64,000 bases of DNA from positions 6,649,838 through 6,713,837 of the forward strand of contig MU056050.1 in the NCBI GenBank assembly GCA_013239625.1, in the 5' to 3' direction. A program made the position numbers and the translations under genes. Shown in pieces: positions 48,625 to 59,120 of the stretch (the stretch's first letter is position 1; each line of letters opens with the position of its first letter). This DNA is from Lama guanicoe (Eukaryota). The notes beneath the pieces were generated by a model. The model was given only the letters and a program-made list of their open reading frames with translations, was not told where the DNA came from and ran no database searches.

Positions 48625-49005
48625 ATGCCAGCTTTATTCACAATAACCTAGTCACCACAAACTGGAAGCAAATCAAAATGACTATCAACAGGTGAATAAT
48701 TTTTTAATGGTATATTTATTACAATGGAATACCATTCAGCAATGCAAAGAAATAAACTACAGTATAGGTAATGACATGGATGAATACCAAAAACATCCTG
48801 AGTGAGAGAAACCAGACCAAAATACTGTATACTGTATAATTCCATTATATAAAATTCTAGAAAATACAAACAAAACTATAGTGACAGAAAGCAGATCCAT
48901 GGTTACTTGGGGACATAGATAGGGGAAGAGATAGATTGTAAAAAGGAAAGTTTTGGATGTGATGGATATGTTCTGTGTCTTGATTGTGGCAGTGGTTTCA
49001 TGGGT

Positions 49006-49040
<35 letters not shown>

Positions 49041-49115
49041 AAAACTCATTAAATTGTATGATATAAATGTACATTAATTATAGCTAATTTATCCCTCAAT
49101 CAAGCTGATTTTTAA
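48625..49115 (+). mobile_element. Old L1 (L1MD/ME-like) 3' end containing a (TA)n run at ~49008-49036
   Basis: tatagtgacagaaagcagatccatggtt; tcttgattgtggcagtggtttcatggg. Confidence 0.7.
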
Positions 49116-49346
49116 AATATGCTTCCCTAAACTCTTACCACAGAGTATTATCTAAATAGATATTATTAAAATAAATTAAAATATATACATATATATTTGC
49201 CAACTGGATGGGTAAAAGATTCTACTTCACTATCTGAATATTTGAATTTGCACTTCTTTAGCAATACTAAATATTTTTCCTAGTTTATTGGTCATTAGTA
49301 TTTCTTGTTTTGTGAAGTGCCAACTCATGCCTTTGCCTAGCTTTCT

Positions 49347-49484
49347 AATGAAACACGATTTTTCTTCCATTAAAAATATTATAAAAGTGGCACATGCTCA
49401 TTGTAGAAATTTTAAAAATACAAGAAACTGTAAAAATCATAAAAAATTTGTAATCCTACCGCATAGTTTACCATCATTAACATT
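49347..49484 (+). repeat. 138-bp direct repeat, copy B, inserted in an old antisense L1
   Basis: Matches 47899-48037. Confidence 0.95.
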
Positions 49485-49973
49485 AACAATGAGTTGTTTA
49501 TTCTGTTCTTGTGGACTTGTAAGACTTCTTTATGTATCAAAGATACTTAAACTTTGTAAATACTCCTTGCCTGTAGGCCATCTAATATTACTTGTGGTGT
49601 TATTATTTTTTAAACACAGAAGTTTTACATTTTTCCATAGCCAATTCTATATTTTCACATCCTTTATTGTTTCTTCATAAAGACTTTCCCTATTCTCAGG
49701 ACCAGAGGAATAGTTCCCTATTTTCTTCTAGGTTGCTTATGGTCTTATTATTCACCATTCTTTTCCACTCTGGAGCAGAGTGAACAAGCGCAAGCAACAG
49801 CTCTGGCTTCTGGCGTCAAATGGAGCTGAGACCAAAATCAGCTCCACCCCTTACTTACTAGCCCTGTGACCAAGGGCATCTTCAACTTCTTCCTCTATAA
49901 AACAGGGATAATAATAATTTCCAACTTACAGGGTGGTTTTCAGGATTAAATGAAATAATATATGTAAAGAGTC

Positions 49974-50100
49974 TGTAGAGCAATGAGGGTGCCATCTCTG
50001 GCTGGAAGGGTGGAAATAAGACTGGCATCCAGAGAGTCCTTAAGGAACCCCTAGTCCAGGCTCAGGGGGCTGGCTAGGGAGTGGAGAGAGAAGATGGTGA
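49974..50100 (+). repeat. ~127-bp diverged direct repeat, copy A (copy B at 51464-51592)
   Basis: Shared blocks ggtgccatctctggct.gaagggtggaaa and tggcatccagagagtcct..aggaaccc. Confidence 0.9.
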
Positions 50101-51298
50101 TGGGAATCTGTACAGCAAATTGATAGTGCTCAAGAAATGTAAGCAACTGTATTTGGACATTTTTCATTTGGGTTGCTCAGTATACAAGCACCTTGATGAT
50201 TTGAAGCAAATCCCAAGACACACAAAGGTAGATATTCCCTCCCTCTACTTATCAGCAGCTAGGTAGCAGGGATGTGGCCCAGGGTCTGCCAGTCAGATGC
50301 GCTCTTTCCCTCTGCACTTTGAAACTTGAGTGGTACAGCACTGCAGGGGAGAATAACGATTATTCCTGGAGGTCTCAGCAGCCAGACATCCAGATGAGCA
50401 GTGGCAAGTCTCCGGAGGGGACCATGCAGTCACAGCATCCTGAGCAAGCCAGTCCTGTGCCATGATCCTGACCATGCCTGCTTCCCCTGCTTCCTACCCT
50501 TTTCCAGAGGCTGGTTATTTAACCCAGTCACAGTCACAGTGAGATTCCCAGCAGCCTTCCAACAAACTCCTTTTCCACTTCAGTAGTTAGAGTCAGAGTC
50601 TGTGGTTTGCAACCAAGACCCTGACTGATCAGGCTACTATGATTTAACTCTGTAATTTACTTTGGTGGATGGCATGAGGTGCTAACTTTTCCCCCTAAAT
50701 AATCAGATACCCTCAAACTGTTTGTTAAATAATCTATTCTCTTCCCACTGATTTGAAGTGGGTGACATTTTCCACCAAATGAATTCTTGCCCTTGGGACT
50801 GTCCCATTGACTAGAATTCCATGTCTTTCCTAGCACCCCAGAGGGTTTTTCATTTTCTTCTCCCCAGGGGAGGTCTCCTGTTTTATAACCCCAGACTCCC
50901 TGCTTCATACTGAACACTCTGTTTATCTAGGGGTTTCCCTGTTTTTAAGCTGGAGCACTGCATTCAGAAACATGTCTGCTGGCTTTAAGGCTCCCCACAG
51001 CAAGCCATATATTTGACAATTCCAGCCCCAATTTGAAGAAACTCCGAAGGGTTAGAGGGGCTCATCTAATGAAAAAAAGAAATGACCCAAGACAAGCACC
51101 CCCTCCTACTACACCCCCTCACTGGCTCCTTATTCTGCATAATTCTTATTCTCATCTGTGGCAACACACAGAGAGAAGGGGACCTACTAAGCTTCCTCTA
51201 GACACAGGAGCTTGAGCTGGCCCTCCTGAGACCTGCTAGTGGCAACAGTGCTTGCCTCCTGGCCCACTTTCCTGGTGAAATCAAAACTGAGGTTGTAG

Positions 51299-51456
51299 TG
51301 GGGGAGGGTATAGCTCAAGTGGTAGAGCACATGCTTAGCATGCATGTAGGTCCTGGGTTCAATCCCCAGTACCTCCCCCCAAAATAAATAAACCTAATTA
51401 CCTACCCTCCCTCCTGCCAAAATAAAATAAATAATACCAAAAAAGCCACCAAAACC
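51299..51456 (+). mobile_element. vic-1-type SINE
   Basis: GGGGAGGGTATAGCTCAAGTGGTAGAGCACATGCTTAGCATGC...; TSD CTGAGGTTGTAG at 51287-51298 and 51457-51468. Confidence 0.92.
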
Positions 51457-51463
51457 CTGAGGT

Positions 51464-51592
51464 TGTAGAGCAGTGGAGGTGCCATCTCTGGCTAGAAGGG
51501 TGGAAAAGGATTGGCATCCAGAGAGTCCTCCAGGAACCCACAGCCCAAGCTTAGGGGGTAGGCTGGGGAGTGGGGAGAGGCAAAGATGGTGA
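51464..51592 (+). repeat. Diverged direct repeat, copy B
   Basis: Matches 49974-50100. Confidence 0.9.
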
Positions 51593-52407
51593 AGGAGTGG
51601 GTGAGAGGGTCCTCTGAGGCAGGGGGTTCTGTTGGGTTGTGTTGAGTTATAACACGGTACCACAAGGCCTGAGAGTGTCTGGCTGTCAATGAGTATATGG
51701 AAGGGCAGACACTAGTGGAAATGCCCAAATGAAAGGACCAATCCATGTCTCAGGAAATAACTGGACCTGAATGTGGGGGGTGGGAAACAGGTGGTTCCAT
51801 AATTGTCTTCAGCAAAGACATAGTACTGCTGGGGTGGACATGGGTACAGAATAAAGGAGACAGTAGACCTGGGAGCTTTTACTTATTTTATTTATTTATT
51901 TCTTATTTCCCAGCTTTATTGAGAAATAATTGACATATAACCTGGGAGCTTTTAAACAGCAACAGGAATCTACACAATGGGCTATTATATGGTCACTAAA
52001 ATGATGTTTACAAGGATCTTTTTAATAACAAGGAAATTCTTATTATAATTTTAAATAAAAATTTAAAAAGGCAAACTATAAAATGGTATATTGAGTGAAT
52101 CACAAACTGTATGGGAAGACTATGCATTTTTAAAAAGACTGGAAGGAAATGCACCAAAATGTTAACAGCAATTGATAGTCTTTGGATGGTAGTTATTCAA
52201 TAATACTAGATACAGGCAAGCTATCAAGGACCTATTAAGTACCAGGTCCTGTGCTTGGCGTTTTACTTACATAAATTATCCCATGTCTTTGCACACTAAC
52301 TCTGTGAGGCAATTACTCCCACTTCACAGGTGAGCAAATTGAGTCTATCAGAGGCTAACTAGCTAAAATCCGCACAGCTCCAAAGTGGCCTAATTTAAAA
52401 TTATTGA

Positions 52408-52565
52408 GGGGGAGAGTATAGCTCAAGTGGTAGAGCACATGCTTAGCATGCATATAGGTCCTGGGTTCAATCCCCAGTACCTCCTCTAAAAATAAATAAA
52501 TAATACATGGACCTAATTACCTCCCTCTACCTAAATAAATAAATAAAATCTTTTTAAAAATTAAT
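52408..52565 (+). mobile_element. vic-1-type SINE
   Basis: Head nearly identical to the SINE at 51299; (TAAA)n tail; flanked by AAAATTATT. Confidence 0.9.
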
Positions 52566-54299
52566 GATTAAAAATTATTTCAGCTTTTGTCTATTTTTCA
52601 AATTTTTGATAATGAACATGTGCTTTCTACCTTTCCCAACTGTCCTTTTCTTCAATTAATTAATCCTTCTTGGATTAGGAACAAAGGGAAGCATTCTCTT
52701 CTGCTCCTTAGAATTTGTGATTTCTTTCTCAGTAGAGCAGAAGCTCCTGGTGGGGAGGGACTCAGTCCCCAGTCCTGAACAGAGAGGGGCACACAGCAAT
52801 GTGGAATAGATGTTTGTAGAATAAAGGACTGAATGAAGGAACAAATGAGTAACAGTCAGGAGAAAGTCCATTGTGGTGATACTAATGCGTTGTATCTAAA
52901 AGGTGTTTGGGGAAGGGACAGCTTTTTCATCAGAATATTGAGAACGGTGCCATTAGGTCTATAGCCGTCCTATGAGACTCAGGTTCCCTTGCCAGCCATG
53001 TCTCAAAGTGATATCCCTACTCTTGGGAATTCCATGTGCTGGGCCTACCACCCAAGGCTTGTAGCTACCATATCCTTCCTCCCACTGAAATACTACTGTG
53101 TTCATCAGGCCCCAGCTCCTAGCAGGCTGGAGCGGGGAGGTCTAAGGTCTGGGAGATGCTGGAATCTCAGAGGACCCTGGAAGCCCCTGAGGATAACAGG
53201 GAGTTGACTGTATTTTGCAAGCTGAAAAGGATAACAGATAAAGGAATTCACATGATTAATATGCCAGTAAGAAAGGCCGAGCATAGCCAAGGAACACCTG
53301 ACCTGCTCACAGGGACCTGGAATCTGGATTTGGAATCCTTGCCCAGTGACTCCAATGATGAGAGGGGAGGGCAGGGCTGAAGCAAACCTCTTGGTGCCCC
53401 TGGTCCAGACTCATCAGTGGGTTGCCATCTCCTATCCATGTGGGGCAGGGGGACAGGCGACAGGATACTGATTTCATTTCCTCCTGGCCCGCACTTCCCC
53501 AGTGGAAAAAAAAAGTGGGCTGAGGAAAGTTTTCATTGAACTGGTAGCACTTTGGAAAATTATAGCCAATTTCCAGTAATCAGCATGAACAAGGGGCCAG
53601 CAGTAGGGCCTGCAATTAGATAAAGAAAAACAGCGATGTTTACAATCCAATTTGTTTTAAAACAACAGATTTACCTTTATAATTATGAACCAGTGCAGGT
53701 TCCTGCTAGAAGGAGCTAGCCTGTGCTCCAGCCCTTCTGCTCAGAATAATCCCTCCATCTGCACATACATCCCCCAGACTCCAGAGCTCTCTCCTCAGCC
53801 TTCAAGGCCTTGTTCAAATCCTTCCTCCAAGAAGTCTTGCAGTTCCTCAGGTCATTTCTCCTTCCTCCATACTCCCTCTAGCACTTTCCTAGCGCTGGGT
53901 AGAGCCCTTTTCATAGTCACCTCTGCCCGTCTGACTAAGACCTCCTCCTCCTCTGGAGCAGAAGCTCCCGGAAGGAAGGTCACAGCCTTTCAGCTTGCTG
54001 TCCATCTAAGCAGGCCCCTGGACGCAGCACAGTGCCTGGCACAGTGGACTCCTCCCCCAAGCCTCATTCCTTGTTGCCCAATGGACGACAATGCCTATCG
54101 GGGGTTCCAACTCCCAGTGGACTTGGTCTGGAAGCTCTAACGTCTGGAAGATTCCGGATTTCCAGGGCCCTGGGGAAACAGGGGATACACAGGCCCTGCG
54201 GATAACAGGGAGTTGCTCTTATTTTGCAAGCCAGGAAGGAGTATTTACCAGGCCCAATTACATCTGATTTTGTCGTTCCAGGAGTAGGGAAGCGTCAAG

Positions 54300-55320
54300 C
54301 CTAGCTCCACGGGCAGAGTGAGGCAACGAGGGGAATAAAGAGCTCCTTCCACGGGGTGGACGGGGTCACCGGGCTCCCCAAGTGTGAGACCAGGGAGTTG
54401 AGGCTGCTGAGGGAAGGGAAAGGGAGGGGGAGGCTCGGGGCCGTGCTGCCCTCCCTGCCGCTCCTCCTCTCGCTGCCGTCCCCGCCGGCCTCCCTCTTGG
54501 GCTCTTTGTCTGTCGGTCGGTCTGTCTGTCGGCTCTCTCTAGCGCTGGCTCTCTGGCGCTCGCTCGCTCTCGCTCTCGCTCTCTCTCTCTCTCTCTTTCC
54601 CCTCGGTTCACGTGACCGACTGCTCTCAACGGCTCCGATCACCTCTTCCTGAGGCAGCACCTTTCGGTTGGTAACAGGAGACACTCGGGTGTTGGGGGCA
54701 GGATGGGTTTCCTTCCTCCGCTTTTTCCTCCTCGCCTTCTCGGGCAGCTCCGGCCGCTCCTCTCCGCTCGGCCTCCGGCCCTCCACCCCTCCAGCCTCTC
54801 CCAGCCCCCAGAGTGCTCCCTCCCTCTCCTCTTCCCTCCCCCTCCCTTCTCCCCCCACCACCGCCACCTCGCTCGGGCCTCCCTCCTCCCCCGATGCCAG
54901 CCCTCTTTGGGGAGGGGGCTTCTGCGCGGGGGACAGACAAAAGGGCCTGGACGGACTCCGGGGGCACCCCTCTGCAGCTCCTCACCACGTGGCCCCTCCC
55001 TCTGCAGGCGGCGTGCAGCTCTCCACCACCCCTCAACCAGCCAGAGGTCTGGGGAGTTAGGGCCCCCGAGGCATCATCCTTTCCGGGCCTCAGTTCGCGC
55101 CAATTGCTCCGCCGCGGGTGCTGAGCCTCCGGGCGCCTCGAATACCAAGGATTGTACCGGGCGCGGGTGGGGGAGACGCTCCGAAGACCGAGGCAGCGCT
55201 CTCGGTTCCCAGGCTGGGGAACTGCCTGCGTTACCGGGGAGACTAGGACCCCACCGTCGGAAGGCTTCTGGTCCTAAGGGGCTGATAACAAGGTCTCCAA
55301 CCTCGGGGAGCCGGAGTCTG
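54300..55320. promoter_or_regulatory. CpG island with a (TC)/(GCTC) tract and palindromic E-box
   Basis: CpG-rich; CGGTTCACGTGACCG at 54604-54618; pyrimidine tract ~54555-54600. Confidence 0.75.
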
Positions 55321-56019
55321 ATGGCAGAGACTCAGTCTCCCTCCCATTTGCAGTACAAACTCAATAAAAAAGGATGACTCCAAAAGGGTGATGAAAGTGC
55401 CCTATGAAAGCAGAGCTGGACCTACATATTCTCGAACTTCTGGCAGAACCAGATTGTGTTTCCCTGCCCATCTTGGCCAGCACTGAGCGAACTGCTGCTC
55501 CGCAGCCTACCAACCCCCGCCTCCAAAATTTGGAATTAAAAGTGAACTCTCTCATTCCATACCAGGGTAATATTTTAAACAAAGGCCATTTTAAGATGGA
55601 AGTTATCAAGTAAATCAGGCAAAACATTTTCAAACTGCCTCACTGTAAATACACACTTAGCCGGTGGCTAGAGCCATGGAACTAGCCTGGCCCTAGATAC
55701 GATGGGCATGTGTTTAGAGCCTAAGGAGGGACGGTTATCCCTGAGCCCCCCAGCTGACCACTTAAAACCATTTTAGTCAATAAAGCTAAATTCCCTCAGG
55801 GGATACTTCCTGTGGCCAGAGCCGAGCTTGCTGCACCTCAGGCATATCCCAAGCCAATCCTGATAACAATTACCCAAATGCTGGGAGGGGAGGGGTGCTC
55901 AAAAGAATTCCATCTCTCCAGGATCTTAGGGAGGGACTTGAGCTGAGAAGTGCCCCAGGTTTGATAGGTAACAGGCAGAAGAGTACTTACTTGGGACAAA
56001 ACTTAAGAATGGTCACCAC

Positions 56020-56250
56020 AGCTACAATTTATTGAGTACTTAAAAAGTGCCAAGTACATAGTACACATAATATTTAACCCAATAACAGTCTCGTGTGGTA
56101 GGTACTGTTATTATCCTGGTTTAACAGACAAGGGAACCATAGCTCAGAGAAGGTAACTTGAAGAGGTCACACAGCTGGTTAGTGGCAGAGCTGGGTTTGG
56201 AATCCAGGTCTGGCCAACGCCCAAATCCAGGCCCTCAACTACTCACTATA
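56020..56250. mobile_element. MIR
   Basis: ggtcacacagctggttagtggcagagctgggtttggaatccaggtctg. Confidence 0.72.
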
Positions 56251-58299
56251 CTATCTCACCCCTTTCCCACAGGGAGTGATTCTAAAACTCTCCCAGAAGG
56301 AACGGGGAGAATCATGGGCCAGGGCACAGTCTTGCTGGAAATTGGTCGGCCACCAAAATGTGGAGGGGTCAACAGCTGCCCTAGGTCACCGCACTGGTGT
56401 TGTAAATGCCACAGATTCCCAAATAAAAGTCCAGACCCCTAGATTCCTAACCTAGAATCCAAAGAAGGCATCCTATCTGCCCATCCCCAGAGAAATCGTC
56501 CCACTTCCGGTTTCTGCTTTTCTGGGTAGTGGGGAGATTTGCAGGATGCCAGGCCTGGAGTGAGCTTCTAGGAGGCAGTGTTATGGGGGGTGGGGGTGGG
56601 CTTGATAATGGACCCCCATTGCCCTACCCCCAGTCCTCCCTGGAGGGAGGACAAATAGGCCCATTGATTCGAAATTCTCCCAGAGGGCATTAGAGTAATG
56701 ACTCTGGACTGTGTGATGCCTACACCCCCTTTGACCTCCCGACTGACCCCTGCCCTGGGAGGTTCCAAAGGCCACAAATCTCTGTTGCTTGTGGGCCATG
56801 TGGTTTGTGGCTGTTTGTAGTTTTGGAAGGGAGGGGGAAACTACGGAGGTAGGGGACACTGCTTCTCACTGTGCCGGGCTTCCCCAGAGAACTAGCAAGG
56901 GGTGGGCAGGGCCCCTTCCAAACCCTGCCAAGACACACTGCAACTACTGATAGGGGCTCCATCATTTATTTTTGAAAGCAGCAGGGCTCTTGGCTCATTT
57001 GCATAAATGTTTGCACTGCCTGCTATATTTTGGTTCGGGAAAAGGGCACCAGGGCACAGAACATACATAACAGATTTGTAACTGGGCAGCTTGAGCCTGT
57101 CCCTGGCTAGGTAAGCTAACCAGCCAGCCCAAGATGGCCTCTCACCCTCTGTGTCTACTTTTGAAAGCCCCTCTAAGTGCAGAGTCCAGCACCAGGGAGA
57201 CTTGGCAATAGAAAGATCCTGCCCCTAAAGGGGTACTTCTAAGCCAGGTGTGTAGGTAGATGGGTAGATAAGGCAGCATTTTGACTTGAAAAGGGCTGGG
57301 AGTCTGGACTCCTGATTTCTACTGTTCAAAAAAGAAACATTTATTGGGTGGCTTCTATGTGCCAGGCACTTTACTAGGCACTGAGATAACATGAAATATC
57401 AAGACCCTGTCTCCATCATTGAGGCACTCAGTCCAACAGAGCACGAGTGACAGAAACTCGATCAAATAACCCTAAGTGCATCGTGCTGTCAGAGAGAGGA
57501 TGAGAGGATTGCTAAGGTAGCACGCAGCTGGTGGGAGACATGGAGCCTGGGAGAGACTTGGTGGGGGATGTGATCACTTCATCTGAATCTTAAGCATCCA
57601 TCCCTGCCCCCCATCTCCAAGGTGTTTCTTAGCCTCTATTACTAATTCCCTATGTGAGCTCAGCAACCGTTTAAGCTCTCTGGGCTGCCTCAGTTTCTTC
57701 ATCTTCAAAATGGGAGCAATAATCTGTGAAGTGGGCCTCCGCGTGTCCTGTGTGCCCTATCTCCCCTCTTGCCTGGTTCGATGTCCAACCTTGACCTCAG
57801 GGTGAGAGCATAACTACCAGTTTCCTCGAGCTGCCCCCGCAAACACGTGGCAGAGCGGAGAGTGGGGACTCTTGAGAGGTGATGGGAGTGGGAGATGCCG
57901 TGGCATGCACGGGGTGTGGCCCCAAAAGGAAGGTGCAGGTATTAGGGGTTAATTTCATCTTTATGTAGTTAACTATCTTTCCACGGCCCCTCCCCTTCCC
58001 AGCGTCTGGAAGCGGGAGGACAGTGGGACTGCTGGAGAGAAAGCACCTCAGGATAGCAGTGTCACCTGCTTCGCCCCTCCCCATGTCGTCTATATTGAGG
58101 ACAGAAGCACTGAGGGAATGGTGACCTCTCCCACCTTCACCCCTCCACGATTGGGATTGCCTTAGTTCCTCTATGGAGTTGAGCATTTGCCCGCACTTTT
58201 TTTTTAATCCTAAATCTGGCCCACCTTTGGGGAGGGGGTCACCCGTTCCGTTAAGTTTCTTCCTAGCAGAGTAAAGATGGGCTTCCTTTTACTCGTCCT

Positions 58300-59120
58300 A
58301 AGCCACCCGCCTAGGGCTGCAGTGGGACGCGAGAGCTGGGGGCCGGGCCGGGGCCAAGCCGGCTGCGCTGCCCCTCCAGGATTTCCTGCGCTCGGCGCTC
58401 CGAGGTCGGCTCGAACTTCGGCCTCCGAAGCAGGCGACTCGGCTTCCCTTTAAAATGCAGAAACTCCCGGCCCACGCCCCCGCCCCTCCGGCCGCCTCCT
58501 CCCCTTCCCCCTCCTCCCCAGCACCGGCCTGGGCTCCTCCCAGAGCCCTGGGCGCGGGGGCCTCCCTGCCACCTGCCCGCTGCCCATCCCACATGCAAAG
58601 CGTGACCGCCGGGGAAGGAAGCCGAGCGCGCGCCCACACCGGCCCTGCGCCGGGGCGACAGCGACAGCGACAGCGAGCAGCTCGCCTACTCTGTCCGTCT
58701 GCGCTTACCCAGCATGCACTTCCAGGCCCAGAGCTATCTCGGAGCTGCAGCCCCGGGGTCAGAGCGGCCGGAAGAAACAGGAAGTTTGGGACGGTCCTAG
58801 TCGTGGGGCTGGGAGTCCTAAACGGCAGGCCCTTCACTTGGTGCTGCCGCTCCCTCCCCTCATCCCCTCCCTCTGGCTCGCTTCCCTGGGGTCCGTTTCG
58901 GGGGCTGGCCTGAACTCCAAAAATCCAGATGTGTTTGGGGGTCATTCAAGGCACACTCCCAGGGTTCCCTTCGCCGTAGCATCTCCGGGCTTTAGGGATC
59001 GAGGGGTGGGAGGGGGAGGGAGTGCCCCCGCCCCTGGGGGTGGGGAGGGTGGTAGGCCCCAAGGGTGGTTTGTCTTCTGCCCGCGGAGAGGGAGAAGGAC
59101 GCTAGGTGGGGTGGAGGTGG
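58300..59120. promoter_or_regulatory. CpG island / promoter-like region
   Basis: CpG-rich; GC boxes (58472-58485); TTTAAAA 58449-58455; ETS-type CAGGAAGT near 58778; (CGACAG)3 repeat. Confidence 0.75.

Noticed and set aside
12769..52565. tRNA-like sequences at 12769, 25507-25580, 28109, 51300 and 52408
   Set aside because: They have A/B boxes but also A-rich tails, TSDs and degenerate stems, so they are SINE copies rather than tRNA genes.
53191..54210. GGATAACAGGG, resembling part of the I-SceI site, present twice
   Set aside because: Only 11 of 18 bases match and both copies belong to a natural local duplication; no sign of engineered sequence.
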